In this document: positions 8,068 to 18,519 of the stretch, in pieces
Numbering within the stretch: position 1 is the first letter of the stretch
Layout of the letters: every line of letters begins with the position of its first letter
Assembly: GCA_934394565.1 (NCBI GenBank)
Contig: CAKRQV010000002.1
Span: forward strand, 16,792-80,791
Source: an uncultured Lachnospiraceae bacterium
GTDB taxonomy: Bacteria > Bacillota > Clostridia > Lachnospirales > Lachnospiraceae
Reading direction: 5' to 3'
Length of the DNA: 64,000 nucleotides
The notes under the pieces: model-generated
What the model saw: the letters and a program-made list of their open reading frames with translations, nothing else
What the model was told of the DNA's origin: nothing
Database searches by the model: none
Translations under genes and position numbers: made by a program

Positions 8068-9066
8068 TTATTTGGCAGCCTGGCACTGTACGGATGTGAT
8101 GGCAACAACACCAACGATATCCTCAGCGGAGCAACCTCTGGACAGGTCATTGACCGGAGCAGCGATACCCTGTGTGATAGGTCCGTAAGCTTCTGCCTTG
8201 GCCAGTCTCTGTGTCAGCTTGTAACCGATGTTACCTGCATCCAGGTTCGGGAAGATCAGGACATTTGCTTTACCTGCAACATCGCTGTTCGGAGCTTTGG
8301 AAGCACCTACACTCGGAACGATGGCTGCATCCAGCTGGAACTCACCGTCAAGTTTGAGCTCCGGATTCTGCTCTTTTGCGATCTTGGTAGCCTCAACAAC
8401 TTTGTCAACCAGTGCATGTTTTGCACTGCCCTTTGTGGAATGGGACAGCATAGCAACAACCGGCTCTTTCTGTACCAGAGTCTGGAAAGAATCTGCGGAG
8501 GAAGCTGCGATAGCTGCCAGCTCTTCCGGATTCGGATCCTGATTTAAGCCGCTGTCTGCGAATACGAATGTACCGTCAGCACCAAATTCGCAATCCGGCA
8601 CTACCATCAGGAAGAATGCGGATACAAGCTTTGTGCCCGGTTTTGTTTTCAGGATCTGCAGACACGGTCTTAAAGTATCTGCTGTGGAGTGGCATGCACC
8701 GGATACCATACCGTCTGCATCACCCATTTTTACCATCATAACACCGTAGTACAGATACTGGTTTAAAAGGATCTCTCTTGCCTGCTCCGGTGTCATACCT
8801 TTTTTGCTTCTCAGTTCAACAAGCTTCTCAACGTAAGCGTCTGTTCTGTCAGATGTAGCCGGATCAACGATAATTGCACCAGTCAGATCCAGTCCCTCGC
8901 TGCCTTTTTTAACAGCCTCTTCGGAACCTACTAAAACGATCTTTGCGATACCCTCTTTCAGTACCTGTGCTGCTGCTTCATATGTTCTTCTGTCTTCTGT
9001 CTCCGGAAGAACGATTGTCTTAATGTCTGCTTTAGCTCTTGCTTTAATTGTGTCAATAAAACCCAT
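8068..9066 (-). CDS. pta: Phosphate acetyltransferase
   Basis: It starts MGFIDTIKARAK..., is a 332-aa PTA_PTB-type protein, and is adjacent to ackA. Confidence 0.95.
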   Translation of the reverse strand: MGFIDTIKARAKADIKTIVLPETEDRRTYEAAAQVLKEGIAKIVLVGSEEAVKKGSEGLDLTGAIIVDPATSDRTDAYVEKLVELRSKKGMTPEQAREILLNQYLYYGVMMVKMGDADGMVSGACHSTADTLRPCLQILKTKPGTKLVSAFFLMVVPDCEFGADGTFVFADSGLNQDPNPEELAAIAASSADSFQTLVQKEPVVAMLSHSTKGSAKHALVDKVVEATKIAKEQNPELKLDGEFQLDAAIVPSVGASKAPNSDVAGKANVLIFPNLDAGNIGYKLTQRLAKAEAYGPITQGIAAPVNDLSRGCSAEDIVGVVAITSVQCQAAK

Positions 9067-9264
9067 TGTTTATGACTCCTTTCGTATATAATCCGTCCAT
9101 AGGGGCATACGGTCAGCCCAAATGCCCGTATAGTAAAATTATACCCCTATAAAATCACTTTCGCAAGTCAAATGTACCGGAAAATTCACCACGTATCAGC
9201 TTGAACTTGTGCATTTTTCCGTACAATGCTATGATACTTGTAATTACAGTTGCAGGAGGTCATC

Positions 9265-10455
9265 ATGAAAACTGCCGGTATCATTGCCGAATACAACCCA
9301 TTTCACAATGGACATGCTTATCATATAGAAGAAACCCGTAAGAAAACAGAAGCTGACTATATCATTGCCGTTATGAGTGGCTCCTTTGTCCAGCGGGGTA
9401 CACCCGCCATCTGTGACAAACATCTGCGCGCCGAAACGGCACTGCAAAACGGTGTCGATCTGGTGCTGGAGCTTCCCGTATCTTATGCGGTCGGAAGTGC
9501 CGAGATTTTTTCCCGTGGTGCCGTGGAAATTCTGGACAGGCTGGGGATTGTTGACACCTTAAGCTTTGGTGCCGAAACAGACGATATTGAAGAGCTGTCC
9601 GCCATCGCCGATTTCCTCCTGCAGGAATCCGAGGAATACAAAGCAGAACTGCAAAAGAATCTCGCCCAGGGACAGAATTTTGCCAAAGCCCGGGCGGCGG
9701 CCATTCCGAAAATTCATGCCGAAATCTTTTCTTCACCCAATGCGATCCTCGGCATCGAATATCTGAAAGCCTTAAAACGCCGCCACAGCCGGATCGAGCC
9801 ATTCGTCATCCAACGAAAGGGGGCTGGATATAACGATCATAAGCTTTTTACACCGATAAAAGAAACCGGTTTTTCCAGCGCCAGCAGTATCCGCCAGGAA
9901 CTGTTTAAAACGCAGGGCAGAGACAGTGCTCCGGTCTTTCTGTCCGAAGCCGTCCCCGCCGACATGCAGACTGCGCTTGCCGCCCTCTGTCAGGTAAACG
10001 CCCTGCTGTCCGAGGATGATTTTTCAGAACTGCTGCACTATAAAATACTGACGCAGGCAGAAGAAGAACTTTGCCTGTGTCCCAGTGTTTCCCCCGATCT
10101 GGCCAGGCGCATCAAACGCCACCAGTACCGTTTTAAAACTTTTTCCACATTTGCCGATCTGGTCAAATGTAAAAATTTCACCCACAGCCGCATCCGCCGT
10201 GCCCTGTGTGAGATTCTTCTGGATTTAAAAGAGCCGGAACCAATCCGTCATGTGCGTGTACTCGGATGCCGGAAAAATGCTCTACCGCTGCTGTCTGCAA
10301 TTGCCGAAAACGGAACGATTCCGCTTGTGACATCTCTTTCCAAAGAGGACTGTTTCTGGCAGAGTGACATCGTGTATGAAATGGTTCTTTCCCACAAGAA
10401 AAAGGCTCCGATGATGCCGGAACCCTCCAAAGGAATGAAGATCGTTGAACTGTGA
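9265..10455 (+). CDS. tmcAL: tRNA(Met) cytidine acetate ligase (YlbM/UPF0348 nucleotidyltransferase)
   Basis: The N-terminus is MKTAGIIAEYNPFHNGHAYHIEE. The ATG at 9265 follows a GCAGGAGG ribosome binding site. Confidence 0.8.
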   Translation: MKTAGIIAEYNPFHNGHAYHIEETRKKTEADYIIAVMSGSFVQRGTPAICDKHLRAETALQNGVDLVLELPVSYAVGSAEIFSRGAVEILDRLGIVDTLSFGAETDDIEELSAIADFLLQESEEYKAELQKNLAQGQNFAKARAAAIPKIHAEIFSSPNAILGIEYLKALKRRHSRIEPFVIQRKGAGYNDHKLFTPIKETGFSSASSIRQELFKTQGRDSAPVFLSEAVPADMQTALAALCQVNALLSEDDFSELLHYKILTQAEEELCLCPSVSPDLARRIKRHQYRFKTFSTFADLVKCKNFTHSRIRRALCEILLDLKEPEPIRHVRVLGCRKNALPLLSAIAENGTIPLVTSLSKEDCFWQSDIVYEMVLSHKKKAPMMPEPSKGMKIVEL

Positions 10456-10517
10456 TACCCCAAAAGGCCTCGTAGTGACCATACGATTTCATGCGTTTTT
10501 TAACACATGATACGCAA

Positions 10518-10553
10518 TGACCGGAAGCTCTGCATTAACAGAACTTCCGGTCA
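10518..10553. terminator. Hairpin between the convergent tmcAL and dipeptidase genes
   Basis: It has a 10-bp stem, TGACCGGAAG ... CTTCCGGTCA. Confidence 0.45.
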
Positions 10554-10621
10554 TATCTTTATTGCCGTGCATACGAAAAAAATCCCGTAAACCTTTTTTA
10601 TGTATTTCTCAGCTTCAGTTT

Positions 10622-12088
10622 TTAATTATCCGACCGGGAGAACGCATTTTTCATCTTGCCGCTGGACGCAAACAGAATCTTTTGCAGCAGCCCTTGTGTC
10701 TCTTTCTTCGCCATATCCGCGAACTGCTGATTGCATTCTTCCAGATAAGCAGACACATCTTCCGGTTTCTGTTCTTTGTACGCCCGGTCAAACGTATGCA
10801 GCATCTCATGCCCCAGCGACCGTACCTTCAGCTGGTACCGTTCGATATGAATACTGCAGGTATTGAAATGCGGATCAGCCAGTGCTGCGATCAGACGGTT
10901 GTTCCAGTAGAAATTGTCCGTTGTAACCTCTGCTGTCGTATTCGCCAGATACTCCGGTGTCGTATTGACATTGCCATAAAACGGCACCATCTCATTAAAT
11001 GCATTCGATCCGACAGCGATCCATTCAACGGCCCGGATTTCTTCCGGCATATACGGACGCAGCTGTGTGATGGCCACAAAGTTATTGCGGTTGATACCGA
11101 TCGGACGGTATTTACCCTGCAAACGCTTGTCGGCATGGCTGTCATACGGATCAAAATCCGTACCCTGATAATAGGAGGACAGTACATACTTGATATCCTC
11201 CGGTGTGATCTTTCTCTCCGGCACCATGCACCATGGCAGGAAATCCGACTCCGGCGAAAAGTCCGCATCCGGCCCCTCCCAGATAAAGGTATTGGGATTT
11301 AACGTTTTCAGCATATACCAGGCTCTCGGCGTATTATAGACATGATCCGAATCGTCATGGCTGCCAAAGGCCCCGCGCACATCAAAGTCCGTATTTTCTG
11401 CCGGATCCATACCATCCATGGACAGATCCAGATGGTAGTCCCGGATAAAATCGAGCAAATCCGCCGAACACATATGTGATTTTTTCTCGCCAAAAGCATC
11501 CACAAAATCAAAGCTGTCAATGCCCTGCTGGTTTGGCATCACCACATACGCATCGTCCGGCACACGTTTGGCAATCCAGTGATGGCCGCCGATGGATTCC
11601 AGCCACCAGATCTCCTCCAGATCCTGAAAACCAATACCATTGATCTCATATGTACCATACTGCTCCAGCAGTGCACCCAGACGAAGGACACCCTCCCTCG
11701 CGCTCTTGATATACGGCAGCACGATTGTCAGCATATCTTCCTCTCCGATGCCTCCCTTTACCAGCGGATCCGCACCAAGGACACGGGAATTGCTTGTCAG
11801 GGTTTCTGTCTCGCTCATTGCCACATTACATTCATTAAATCCGGCCTCTCCCCAGATACCTTCATCCGGCAGGGCATTCGGCATTGCCGTATAGCGCATC
11901 GGGTCATCCGGCAGATCAATTTCTACTTTTGAGATCACCGATACATAATGGCGGGGCTGTTTATCCGGTGTCACAACGATAAATTTCTTCGGATCAAAAG
12001 AACCTCCGCCGGAATCCTCGTTTCTCGCCATCATCGTGGAGCCATCGTAGGTCGCCTTTTTGCCGACCAGTATTGTTGTACAGGGCAT
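10622..12088 (-). CDS. C69-family dipeptidase
   Basis: The N-terminus [25 protein letters not shown] places the nucleophile Cys right after the initiator Met-Pro. The start is at 12088. The longer ORF reaching 12376 runs into the tRNA terminator and gene. Confidence 0.85.
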   Translation of the reverse strand: MPCTTILVGKKATYDGSTMMARNEDSGGGSFDPKKFIVVTPDKQPRHYVSVISKVEIDLPDDPMRYTAMPNALPDEGIWGEAGFNECNVAMSETETLTSNSRVLGADPLVKGGIGEEDMLTIVLPYIKSAREGVLRLGALLEQYGTYEINGIGFQDLEEIWWLESIGGHHWIAKRVPDDAYVVMPNQQGIDSFDFVDAFGEKKSHMCSADLLDFIRDYHLDLSMDGMDPAENTDFDVRGAFGSHDDSDHVYNTPRAWYMLKTLNPNTFIWEGPDADFSPESDFLPWCMVPERKITPEDIKYVLSSYYQGTDFDPYDSHADKRLQGKYRPIGINRNNFVAITQLRPYMPEEIRAVEWIAVGSNAFNEMVPFYGNVNTTPEYLANTTAEVTTDNFYWNNRLIAALADPHFNTCSIHIERYQLKVRSLGHEMLHTFDRAYKEQKPEDVSAYLEECNQQFADMAKKETQGLLQKILFASSGKMKNAFSRSDN

Positions 12089-12314
12089 AATATGTCTTCC
12101 TTTCTGCTGTTTCTCTATTGTATGCAAAGCAGCCGGGATGCGCACATCACGCATATCCCGGCTGCACACTACACTCATTATGCACTTTTTGTCAGAAAAT
12201 GTAAATAGACAGGTCACCTGCCACAGATCCCCCAGACCGCTGCAGGCGGTGATAACCCCCTCAATGCCGAACAGAATCAGATAAAAACCGACCAGATACG
12301 AAAACACCCAGAAG

Positions 12315-12344
12315 TAAAAAAAACCTCTTATCTTTCGATAAGAG
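12315..12344 (-). terminator. Rho-independent terminator of the tRNA-Leu gene
   Basis: The stem CCTCTTATC-GAAA-GATAAGAGG is followed by T8 on the minus strand. Confidence 0.7.
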
Positions 12345-12350
12345 GCTTTC

Positions 12351-12435
12351 ATGCGGAAGATGGGACTTGAACCCACACGAGCGCAATGCTCACAAGATCC
12401 TTAGTCTTGCTCGTCTGCCAGTTCCGACACTTCCG
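12351..12435 (-). tRNA. tRNA-Leu (class II, long variable arm); the anticodon reads AAG
   Basis: I folded it by hand. The acceptor is GCGGAAG/CTTCCGC with discriminator A. The anticodon stem is CAAGA/TCTTG with loop CTAAGGA. The variable arm is GAGC-ATTGC-GCTC. The T arm is GTGGG-TTCAAGT-CCCAT. CCA is not encoded. Confidence 0.85.
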
Positions 12436-12467
12436 CATATCTGATCGGTAACCCGAACGACAAGTAG

Positions 12468-12496
12468 TACTATACCATCAGTCGCGGAAGTTGTCA
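12468..12496 (-). promoter_or_regulatory. Consensus promoter TTGACA-17-TATAGT driving the tRNA-Leu gene
   Basis: The minus strand reads TTGACAacttccgcgactgatggTATAGT and is preceded by an A/T-rich UP-like tract. Confidence 0.7.
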
Positions 12497-12547
12497 ACAT
12501 GTTTTTTGAATTTTTTTATGTTTTCTTATTTTTTTAAATTTTTGTTT

Positions 12548-15500
12548 CTATTCAGACAATTCGTCATATTCCTGTGTGCCCATAAACTGGTACAACGTCT
12601 GATCCAGCATCTGCAGATTGACTGGCTTGGACAGATGCGCATTCATGCCGCTGGCCAGCGACTGTTTCACATCTTCCGCAAAAGCATTGGCACTCATCGC
12701 TACGATTGGAACCGTCTGGCAATATGATCGTTGCATCTGTCGTATGATTTTTGCAGACTCCAGCCCATTCATTACCGGCATCATAATATCCATGAGGATC
12801 ATATCATAATAGCCATCTACGCATTCCTTCATCCGTTCTACAGCTTCCTGGCCATTCATGGCCTCCTCCACCTGGATCTGCCGTTCCTCCAAAAGTGTAC
12901 GGATGATCTCCATATTCAGAGCATTATCCTCTACCACCAGAATCCTTCTGCCCGGAAAGCTGATCTGGACCGGCAGTTCTTTCTTTATGTTCTGTTCATG
13001 TGTGACAGGCTGCAGCTGTATCGTGAAGCTGAAGGTGCTGCCCTCTTGCGGTTCACTCTCCAGCTGAATCTCAGCATCCATCATATGTACCAGACGGCTG
13101 CTGATTGCCAGTCCCAGACCTGTTCCCTGCTTTCTGGCCTGTCGCGAATCATCGGCCTGCTCAAAGCTCTTAAAAATCAGTTGTTGTTTATCTTTTTCAA
13201 TACCAATACCATCGTCGGTCACTGCGAAATAAATACTCGAGATCTCCGGTGTCTGACAGGTTTCTACAACCTTTAGACACACATGTCCACCGATATGGGT
13301 ATATTTAATAGCATTGCTCAACAGATTGACCAGAATCTGGTGCAGTCGCAGTTCATCACAGACAAACCAGGTATGTATCAGCTCAATCTGCTGCGTATAA
13401 TGAATCTGTTTTTCAGCTATTTTGGCTTCCAGAAGTGTCTCCAGTTCTCCCAGCAGCCCGCTAAGATCATGTTTTTCCATGACAAGACGCATTTTGCCGC
13501 TTTCAATCTTTGACATATCGAGAATATCGTTCAAAAGCCCCAGCAGATAATTGGAGGAGCTGCGGATCTTTTTCAGGCATTCCTCCCGCTGCTTTTCACT
13601 CTGTCCATCTTTTAATGCAATCTCTGTCATGCCGATAATTCCATTCATCGGTGTACGGATCTCATGGGACATACGGGCCAGGAAGTCTGATTTTGCCTGT
13701 GCCGATTCATCATGGCGTTGCAAATTGATCCGGTTCTGTATCACAGAAGCCATCTCTGTAAACTGCTTGTGTTCTGTCTCTTCTGCAAGTACAGCTTCAT
13801 CTATACCGCAAAACAGAATCGAACCGGAATACACTCCCTGATCCGTCATATGGAATAAAACACCTTGTGTTCCCTCAGCAAAAGCTCCCAGTGTCGGATC
13901 CTCCCACAGTGTTTCATCATAACCCAGTATTTCATGCATGTGCTTACTTTCCACATAGTTTTGATACTGCGATCCGGAACAGTGAAGAATGTCCACGCTG
14001 TTTTTTTCCGGATACCAGCTGTACAGCAGACTGTTTGCCAGAAATTCCCGGTTAAAGTGGGTAATGACCAGATTTTCAAGACTGTATTTTTCCCGTATCT
14101 TTACTGCCAGCATATCCAGTACAACAGCCAGTTCCCCGCCATGGTCAAACATATTGATAGCCAGCGAAGTCAGTCCCAGCTGACACATCTGTCCTGTAGA
14201 AATGACTTCATCCAGCACAAGACTGCATCTTTCCTGTTTTTCTTCCTCTGTCAGATTTTCATATACCGCACTGAATTCACGACGGTGTCTGGCAGCCAGA
14301 AGTGCCGCTTTTATGTGGGAAAGTCCCTCATATGTCGAGAGCTGTCTGTCATAAGCAGCTACACCAAAACAAAGCGATAGTGCAAGATACCCCTTACGGA
14401 CAAGTGTAGTAAACTGCCGCTGGATCTGTGAAGCCAGTTGTTGTGCACAGGGCACATCACAGGCCGGAATCCACAGAAGAAGCTGTGATGCCCCTGCGCG
14501 GATACCGATCATCTTTGCAAATCCAGCCTGCTGACAGCTGTTTTTACAAAGCACCGCCAACTGTTCCAGCAGAATATCACCAAAAATCAAACCATACTGT
14601 TCATTAATATAGGAATACTCCCGGATCTCCAGCAGTACCAGAGCTCCTCCATAATGTTTCCGTGTATCCGACCGAATCGCCTCCAGACCATATTTCAGTC
14701 GATAAAACTCTGTTACCGGATCGTAGAACTGCTTCTGCTGCTGTTCCCTTTCCAGAAGCTTTCTCTGCTGGATATCATGGACACAACCAACCAGCCGTGT
14801 CTGCTCACCCTTCTCATTCTGAAGCACCGTGCCATACAAATTGACCCAGCGATACTCCTCGCTGCGATCCACCCGCACACGAAATTCCAGATCAAGCTGA
14901 TGCTCTGCAGCCCTGATTTCTCTGCAAACACGTTTTCTGTCTGATGGGTGTATCAGGCTGCCATCAATATACTCGGGATATATCCTGCAATCCCAAATGC
15001 CGTCATATGTATCACTGTTTACAATCTCCAGCACCTGTGCTGTATTATCCAGCGTAAAAAACATATCCTGCGAACTTTCGACAGCAATGCGGTACCGTTC
15101 CTTTTCTTCCAGCAACTGTTCCTGCGTTTTTTTCTGTGTATCTGTCAGATGTTCCACAACATCATGCAATTCATCGATCTCCTGAATACCGGATTTTTTA
15201 AAATCATGGATTCCTGTCACACCGCCACGCACGCTCTCCATCAGATGATATATCGGATGTATGGTTTTTTTCACCAGAGCATAGACAGCCACCGCTGCCA
15301 TCACCATGGCACAGCAGATGGCAATCAGCAAACGTACAAAGATTTCCTCTCCCAGACCATAGATTGATTTTTCGGTCACCAGGCCACAAAGCACCCAGGC
15401 TGTATCCGTATACGGCACATTTGTACTATACAGATCAAGTGGTTCTACGACACCATAAATCGCCTGTTTTCCCTGTCTGGCATTTTCCACAAGGTACAGA

Positions 15501-16465
15501 TCATCTTCTTCCTGTACCGCAAGAGATATCCTTGTCTTTTCTCTGGTTACGGTATCATATAAGACTCCTTTTCCGGCAATACTTTCGTATGTTCCATCCT
15601 CACCCTGTATCATCAGGGCATATCCCGCATTCAGATCTGCGTCCAGATCTTTCACAGCAAAATAATCAGAAAGATAGCTGACAGCAATCTCTGTTCCCAG
15701 AACGCCGTATACTGTATTATCATAGACAAGTGGCATGGAGTAGGTAATCATCCAGTGATTATCAGTATAACTTTCTTCCAGGACAAAAGGCTTCGACCAG
15801 TAACCAAGGTTGACCATAGCCGTATCCATATGATCCCCGGCCGCCTGCAAAGGTTTGTAAAAGAAATCATCTGCACTGCGTACACTCTCTCCGGCGAAGG
15901 AAAAATCCGTTGACCACGGCGTATCCAGCGGAATATTGTTGCCCTGGGACAGCTGTTTGTCGCCCCGCTCCAACAGCAGATCCGTATTATTCGCCGTACG
16001 GGACTGGGAATCCGAATCCCTCACAAAGAAACCATGGTATTTACCCGCTTCTTTTGGCGAAGAGGTATTGGAAAGCACCAGAAAAAGACCAGAGGTCTGA
16101 TCTCTCTGTAACGCATCTATCATTTCCGGGAAAACGTCAGAAAGATATGCATTCTGCAACTCATCCGATTCCAGAAACGACTGTATATCCGTCTGCTGTT
16201 CTTCCAGAAACGACGACAGTTTCTGCAAAAGCCAGCCTTCTTCTTTGTATACAGAACCCCAATGTTCCACCATTTCGGTTTCCAGAAGAACCTGTCTGTT
16301 CTGCACGGTATGTCGGTCCATACGGATCGCATTTTCTTCCAGCTTTTTCTGTAATCCTGTAGAAAAAAGTGTCAGAAACGTCACACTGCCCTGTAGCAAT
16401 ACGATGATCAGAATCGGTAAAAGAAATATCCTGAGCAATGTTTTTTTCTTTTTCTTTTTCTTCAT
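12548..16465 (-). CDS. Hybrid sensor histidine kinase/response regulator (extracellular Cache-like domain, TM, PAS, degenerate GGDEF-like, HisKA, HATPase, REC)
   Basis: The H-box is SDFLARMSHEIRTPMNGIIG and the ATPase G-box is GTGLGLAIS. The REC domain reads RILVVEDNALNMEI...ILMDIMMPVMNG...SKP. The N-terminus has a signal/TM segment, and a second TM lies near residue 380. Confidence 0.85.
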   Translation of the reverse strand: MKKKKKKKTLLRIFLLPILIIVLLQGSVTFLTLFSTGLQKKLEENAIRMDRHTVQNRQVLLETEMVEHWGSVYKEEGWLLQKLSSFLEEQQTDIQSFLESDELQNAYLSDVFPEMIDALQRDQTSGLFLVLSNTSSPKEAGKYHGFFVRDSDSQSRTANNTDLLLERGDKQLSQGNNIPLDTPWSTDFSFAGESVRSADDFFYKPLQAAGDHMDTAMVNLGYWSKPFVLEESYTDNHWMITYSMPLVYDNTVYGVLGTEIAVSYLSDYFAVKDLDADLNAGYALMIQGEDGTYESIAGKGVLYDTVTREKTRISLAVQEEDDLYLVENARQGKQAIYGVVEPLDLYSTNVPYTDTAWVLCGLVTEKSIYGLGEEIFVRLLIAICCAMVMAAVAVYALVKKTIHPIYHLMESVRGGVTGIHDFKKSGIQEIDELHDVVEHLTDTQKKTQEQLLEEKERYRIAVESSQDMFFTLDNTAQVLEIVNSDTYDGIWDCRIYPEYIDGSLIHPSDRKRVCREIRAAEHQLDLEFRVRVDRSEEYRWVNLYGTVLQNEKGEQTRLVGCVHDIQQRKLLEREQQQKQFYDPVTEFYRLKYGLEAIRSDTRKHYGGALVLLEIREYSYINEQYGLIFGDILLEQLAVLCKNSCQQAGFAKMIGIRAGASQLLLWIPACDVPCAQQLASQIQRQFTTLVRKGYLALSLCFGVAAYDRQLSTYEGLSHIKAALLAARHRREFSAVYENLTEEEKQERCSLVLDEVISTGQMCQLGLTSLAINMFDHGGELAVVLDMLAVKIREKYSLENLVITHFNREFLANSLLYSWYPEKNSVDILHCSGSQYQNYVESKHMHEILGYDETLWEDPTLGAFAEGTQGVLFHMTDQGVYSGSILFCGIDEAVLAEETEHKQFTEMASVIQNRINLQRHDESAQAKSDFLARMSHEIRTPMNGIIGMTEIALKDGQSEKQREECLKKIRSSSNYLLGLLNDILDMSKIESGKMRLVMEKHDLSGLLGELETLLEAKIAEKQIHYTQQIELIHTWFVCDELRLHQILVNLLSNAIKYTHIGGHVCLKVVETCQTPEISSIYFAVTDDGIGIEKDKQQLIFKSFEQADDSRQARKQGTGLGLAISSRLVHMMDAEIQLESEPQEGSTFSFTIQLQPVTHEQNIKKELPVQISFPGRRILVVEDNALNMEIIRTLLEERQIQVEEAMNGQEAVERMKECVDGYYDMILMDIMMPVMNGLESAKIIRQMQRSYCQTVPIVAMSANAFAEDVKQSLASGMNAHLSKPVNLQMLDQTLYQFMGTQEYDELSE

Positions 16466-16575
16466 CCGTTCCCCCTGTTACTCCTGGCTTAACTTTGTTG
16501 CTGTTTCCAGAGCTTCACAAAATTGTGCGACCACTGTTCAAAAGTCTCGTCAGCAAGATATGGTGCCAGTGTCTC

Positions 16576-17757
16576 TCATTCCCAGCTGATATTGTCCGGG
16601 ATATCACTCATCTCTTCTATTTTCTGCTTTACACGCTCTTTTTCTTTTCCCTTCAGTATTCTTGGTCGGTAATCGTTCTTCTTTGTCGAAGAAGATAAAC
16701 TACAGGGCAGAATCCGCACCTGGTCATCGTCAAGCAGATTACCGCCTTCAAAGGTGAAGGTCTGCTGGAAGATCATTGTATCCTTATCCGAAGGATTCCT
16801 GTTACCGCCAAAGCAGAAATTGCCAAGACTGTAGCAGATATATCGTCCATTGTACTTTTCTACCCCCTGCAGAACATGGGGATGATGTCCCAGTACAAGA
16901 TCTGCACCGGCATCGATAGCCGCATGAGCTGCTGTTTTCTGGTATTCTAACGGCGCATACTGGCGCTCCTTCCCCCAGTGAAAAGAAACAATCACCAGAT
17001 TGCCGCCCTCAACCTTGGCCTTTGCAACACTTTCTTTCATCTGTTCTATGGTGCTTTCCCTTTTTGACAAAAGATTGTACCCCAAAAGAGTTACCTGCAG
17101 ATCTTTCATTTTCATTGTTGCCGTGCGTTCATAGCCAAAATTTACGATTCCGGCCGCATCCAGTGCCTCAATCGTATCCGTATAGCCTTTTTCTCCATAA
17201 TCCCGGCTATGATTGTTTGCCAGATTCACCGCCTCTACAGAGCCTTCTGTCAATATATCCGCATAGGCCGCATCTGCCTTAAAATTGAAGCTTTTCTCCA
17301 CAATAGTATCAGACTCTGTCAACGTGCCCTCCATATTGGTGATTGTCAGATCATCCCCTTCAAATACGGATTTCACATCTTCCAGAAAATACGAAGCACC
17401 CCGCGCATCATAAAAAGCATTCAGACTGGTAGCATATGCCGCTGCCTTATCTTTGCCAAGCGTGCAGTCCCCTGCTGCACTGATTGTGAGCTGCACGGTT
17501 TCCGATTGCGTCGAGGTCCCGGGCTGTTCACTCTGGCTTTCAGATCCAGCCGCCGTATGTCCGGCATCATCCGCCGGTGTTTCTCCCACGGTACTTTCCG
17601 CAGATGCCACAGATGAGACTATTGTTTCCTTTTTATTTTCTGTGGTCTTCGCTGTTTTTTCCTGCCGTCCAATCTGTGAAACGACAGCAAGCACAAGAAG
17701 TAAAGCCACTATCACGCTGATTTCTATCCGGGCCAGTATTTTTTTCTTTTGTTTCAT
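16576..17757 (-). CDS. CapA-family (PGA_cap metallophosphatase-like) membrane-anchored protein
   Basis: Motifs are AAGDCTLG, NLANNHSRDYG and GADLVLGHHPHVLQG. An N-terminal TM anchor is present. Confidence 0.8.
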   Translation of the reverse strand: MKQKKKILARIEISVIVALLLVLAVVSQIGRQEKTAKTTENKKETIVSSVASAESTVGETPADDAGHTAAGSESQSEQPGTSTQSETVQLTISAAGDCTLGKDKAAAYATSLNAFYDARGASYFLEDVKSVFEGDDLTITNMEGTLTESDTIVEKSFNFKADAAYADILTEGSVEAVNLANNHSRDYGEKGYTDTIEALDAAGIVNFGYERTATMKMKDLQVTLLGYNLLSKRESTIEQMKESVAKAKVEGGNLVIVSFHWGKERQYAPLEYQKTAAHAAIDAGADLVLGHHPHVLQGVEKYNGRYICYSLGNFCFGGNRNPSDKDTMIFQQTFTFEGGNLLDDDQVRILPCSLSSSTKKNDYRPRILKGKEKERVKQKIEEMSDIPDNISWE

Positions 17758-17793
17758 CTTTTTTCATATCCTCTGTAAAATGACCGCCCATAT

Positions 17794-18303
17794 TCAGCTT
17801 TTCTTCGCCATACGCAGCTGTTCCAGAAGCAGTTCCAGAGTCTTCTCAATACCATGACGTCCTTCGTCCACAGTAATATCTGCATATTTTTCATACAATG
17901 CACAACGTTCATCATATATCGAACGCAACGTCTGTCCATCTCTGAGCACTACACCACGGCCTTTCAGATCACCAAGTCTTCTGGTCAGTCTTTCATAAGG
18001 ACATTTCAGATAAACTACGCAGGCAATCTCTTTAAGGTGTTCCATTGCCTCACGTCCGTATACTACACTTCCTCCTGTTGCAATAACCGATTTCTCAGTT
18101 TTGATGGATGCATTGACATCGTTTTCCACCTGTAAAAAGCCATCGATACCATCTCTGGCGATAATGTTCTTTAACAGACAGCCTTCCCGTTCCTGGATCA
18201 ACAGATCAGAATCCATAAACTGATAGCCAATCTCCTTTGCCAGAATAACACCAATGGTACTCTTACCTACACCAGGCATACCGATCAATACAATATTTTT
18301 CAT
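17794..18303 (-). CDS. aroK: Shikimate kinase
   Basis: The P-loop is MKNIVLIGMPGVGKSTIG. The ATG at 18303 follows an AGAGGAGA ribosome binding site. Confidence 0.85.
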   Translation of the reverse strand: MKNIVLIGMPGVGKSTIGVILAKEIGYQFMDSDLLIQEREGCLLKNIIARDGIDGFLQVENDVNASIKTEKSVIATGGSVVYGREAMEHLKEIACVVYLKCPYERLTRRLGDLKGRGVVLRDGQTLRSIYDERCALYEKYADITVDEGRHGIEKTLELLLEQLRMAKKS

Positions 18304-18519
18304 TTTATCTCCTCTTTTGCATTTTTTGCGGTTTTCTCTTATGTATCTCGACAAACGAACAACATACTTCCCTCTTTCCCAGAGTCCGTATATTCTTAAC
18401 TTTGATTATAGCAAAGCACTTCTCAATATACAATAATGAACCTGTTGCAGCTTTTAAAAAAAAATGTTATACTATTGGCGTTCTACAAGTAATTCGGGGG
18501 AACGATTTGGAGGAAGAAA

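Noticed and set aside
12089-12376. N-terminal extension of the dipeptidase ORF (the ORF track gives 10622-12376, 584 aa).
   Set aside because: C69 peptidases begin M-(P)-C with the nucleophile Cys near the N-terminus, and MPCTTILVG occurs at 12088. The extension runs through the terminator and into the tRNA-Leu gene, and it has no plausible ribosome binding site.
16438-16465. The sensor kinase gene starts with a (TTTTC)n/poly-A-rich tract that encodes MKKKKKKK. I considered it as a possible slipped-strand phase-variation site.
   Set aside because: There are only about three imperfect pentamer units and no long homopolymer. Lys-rich N-termini ahead of a signal or TM segment are common. Nothing indicates variation from a single sequence.
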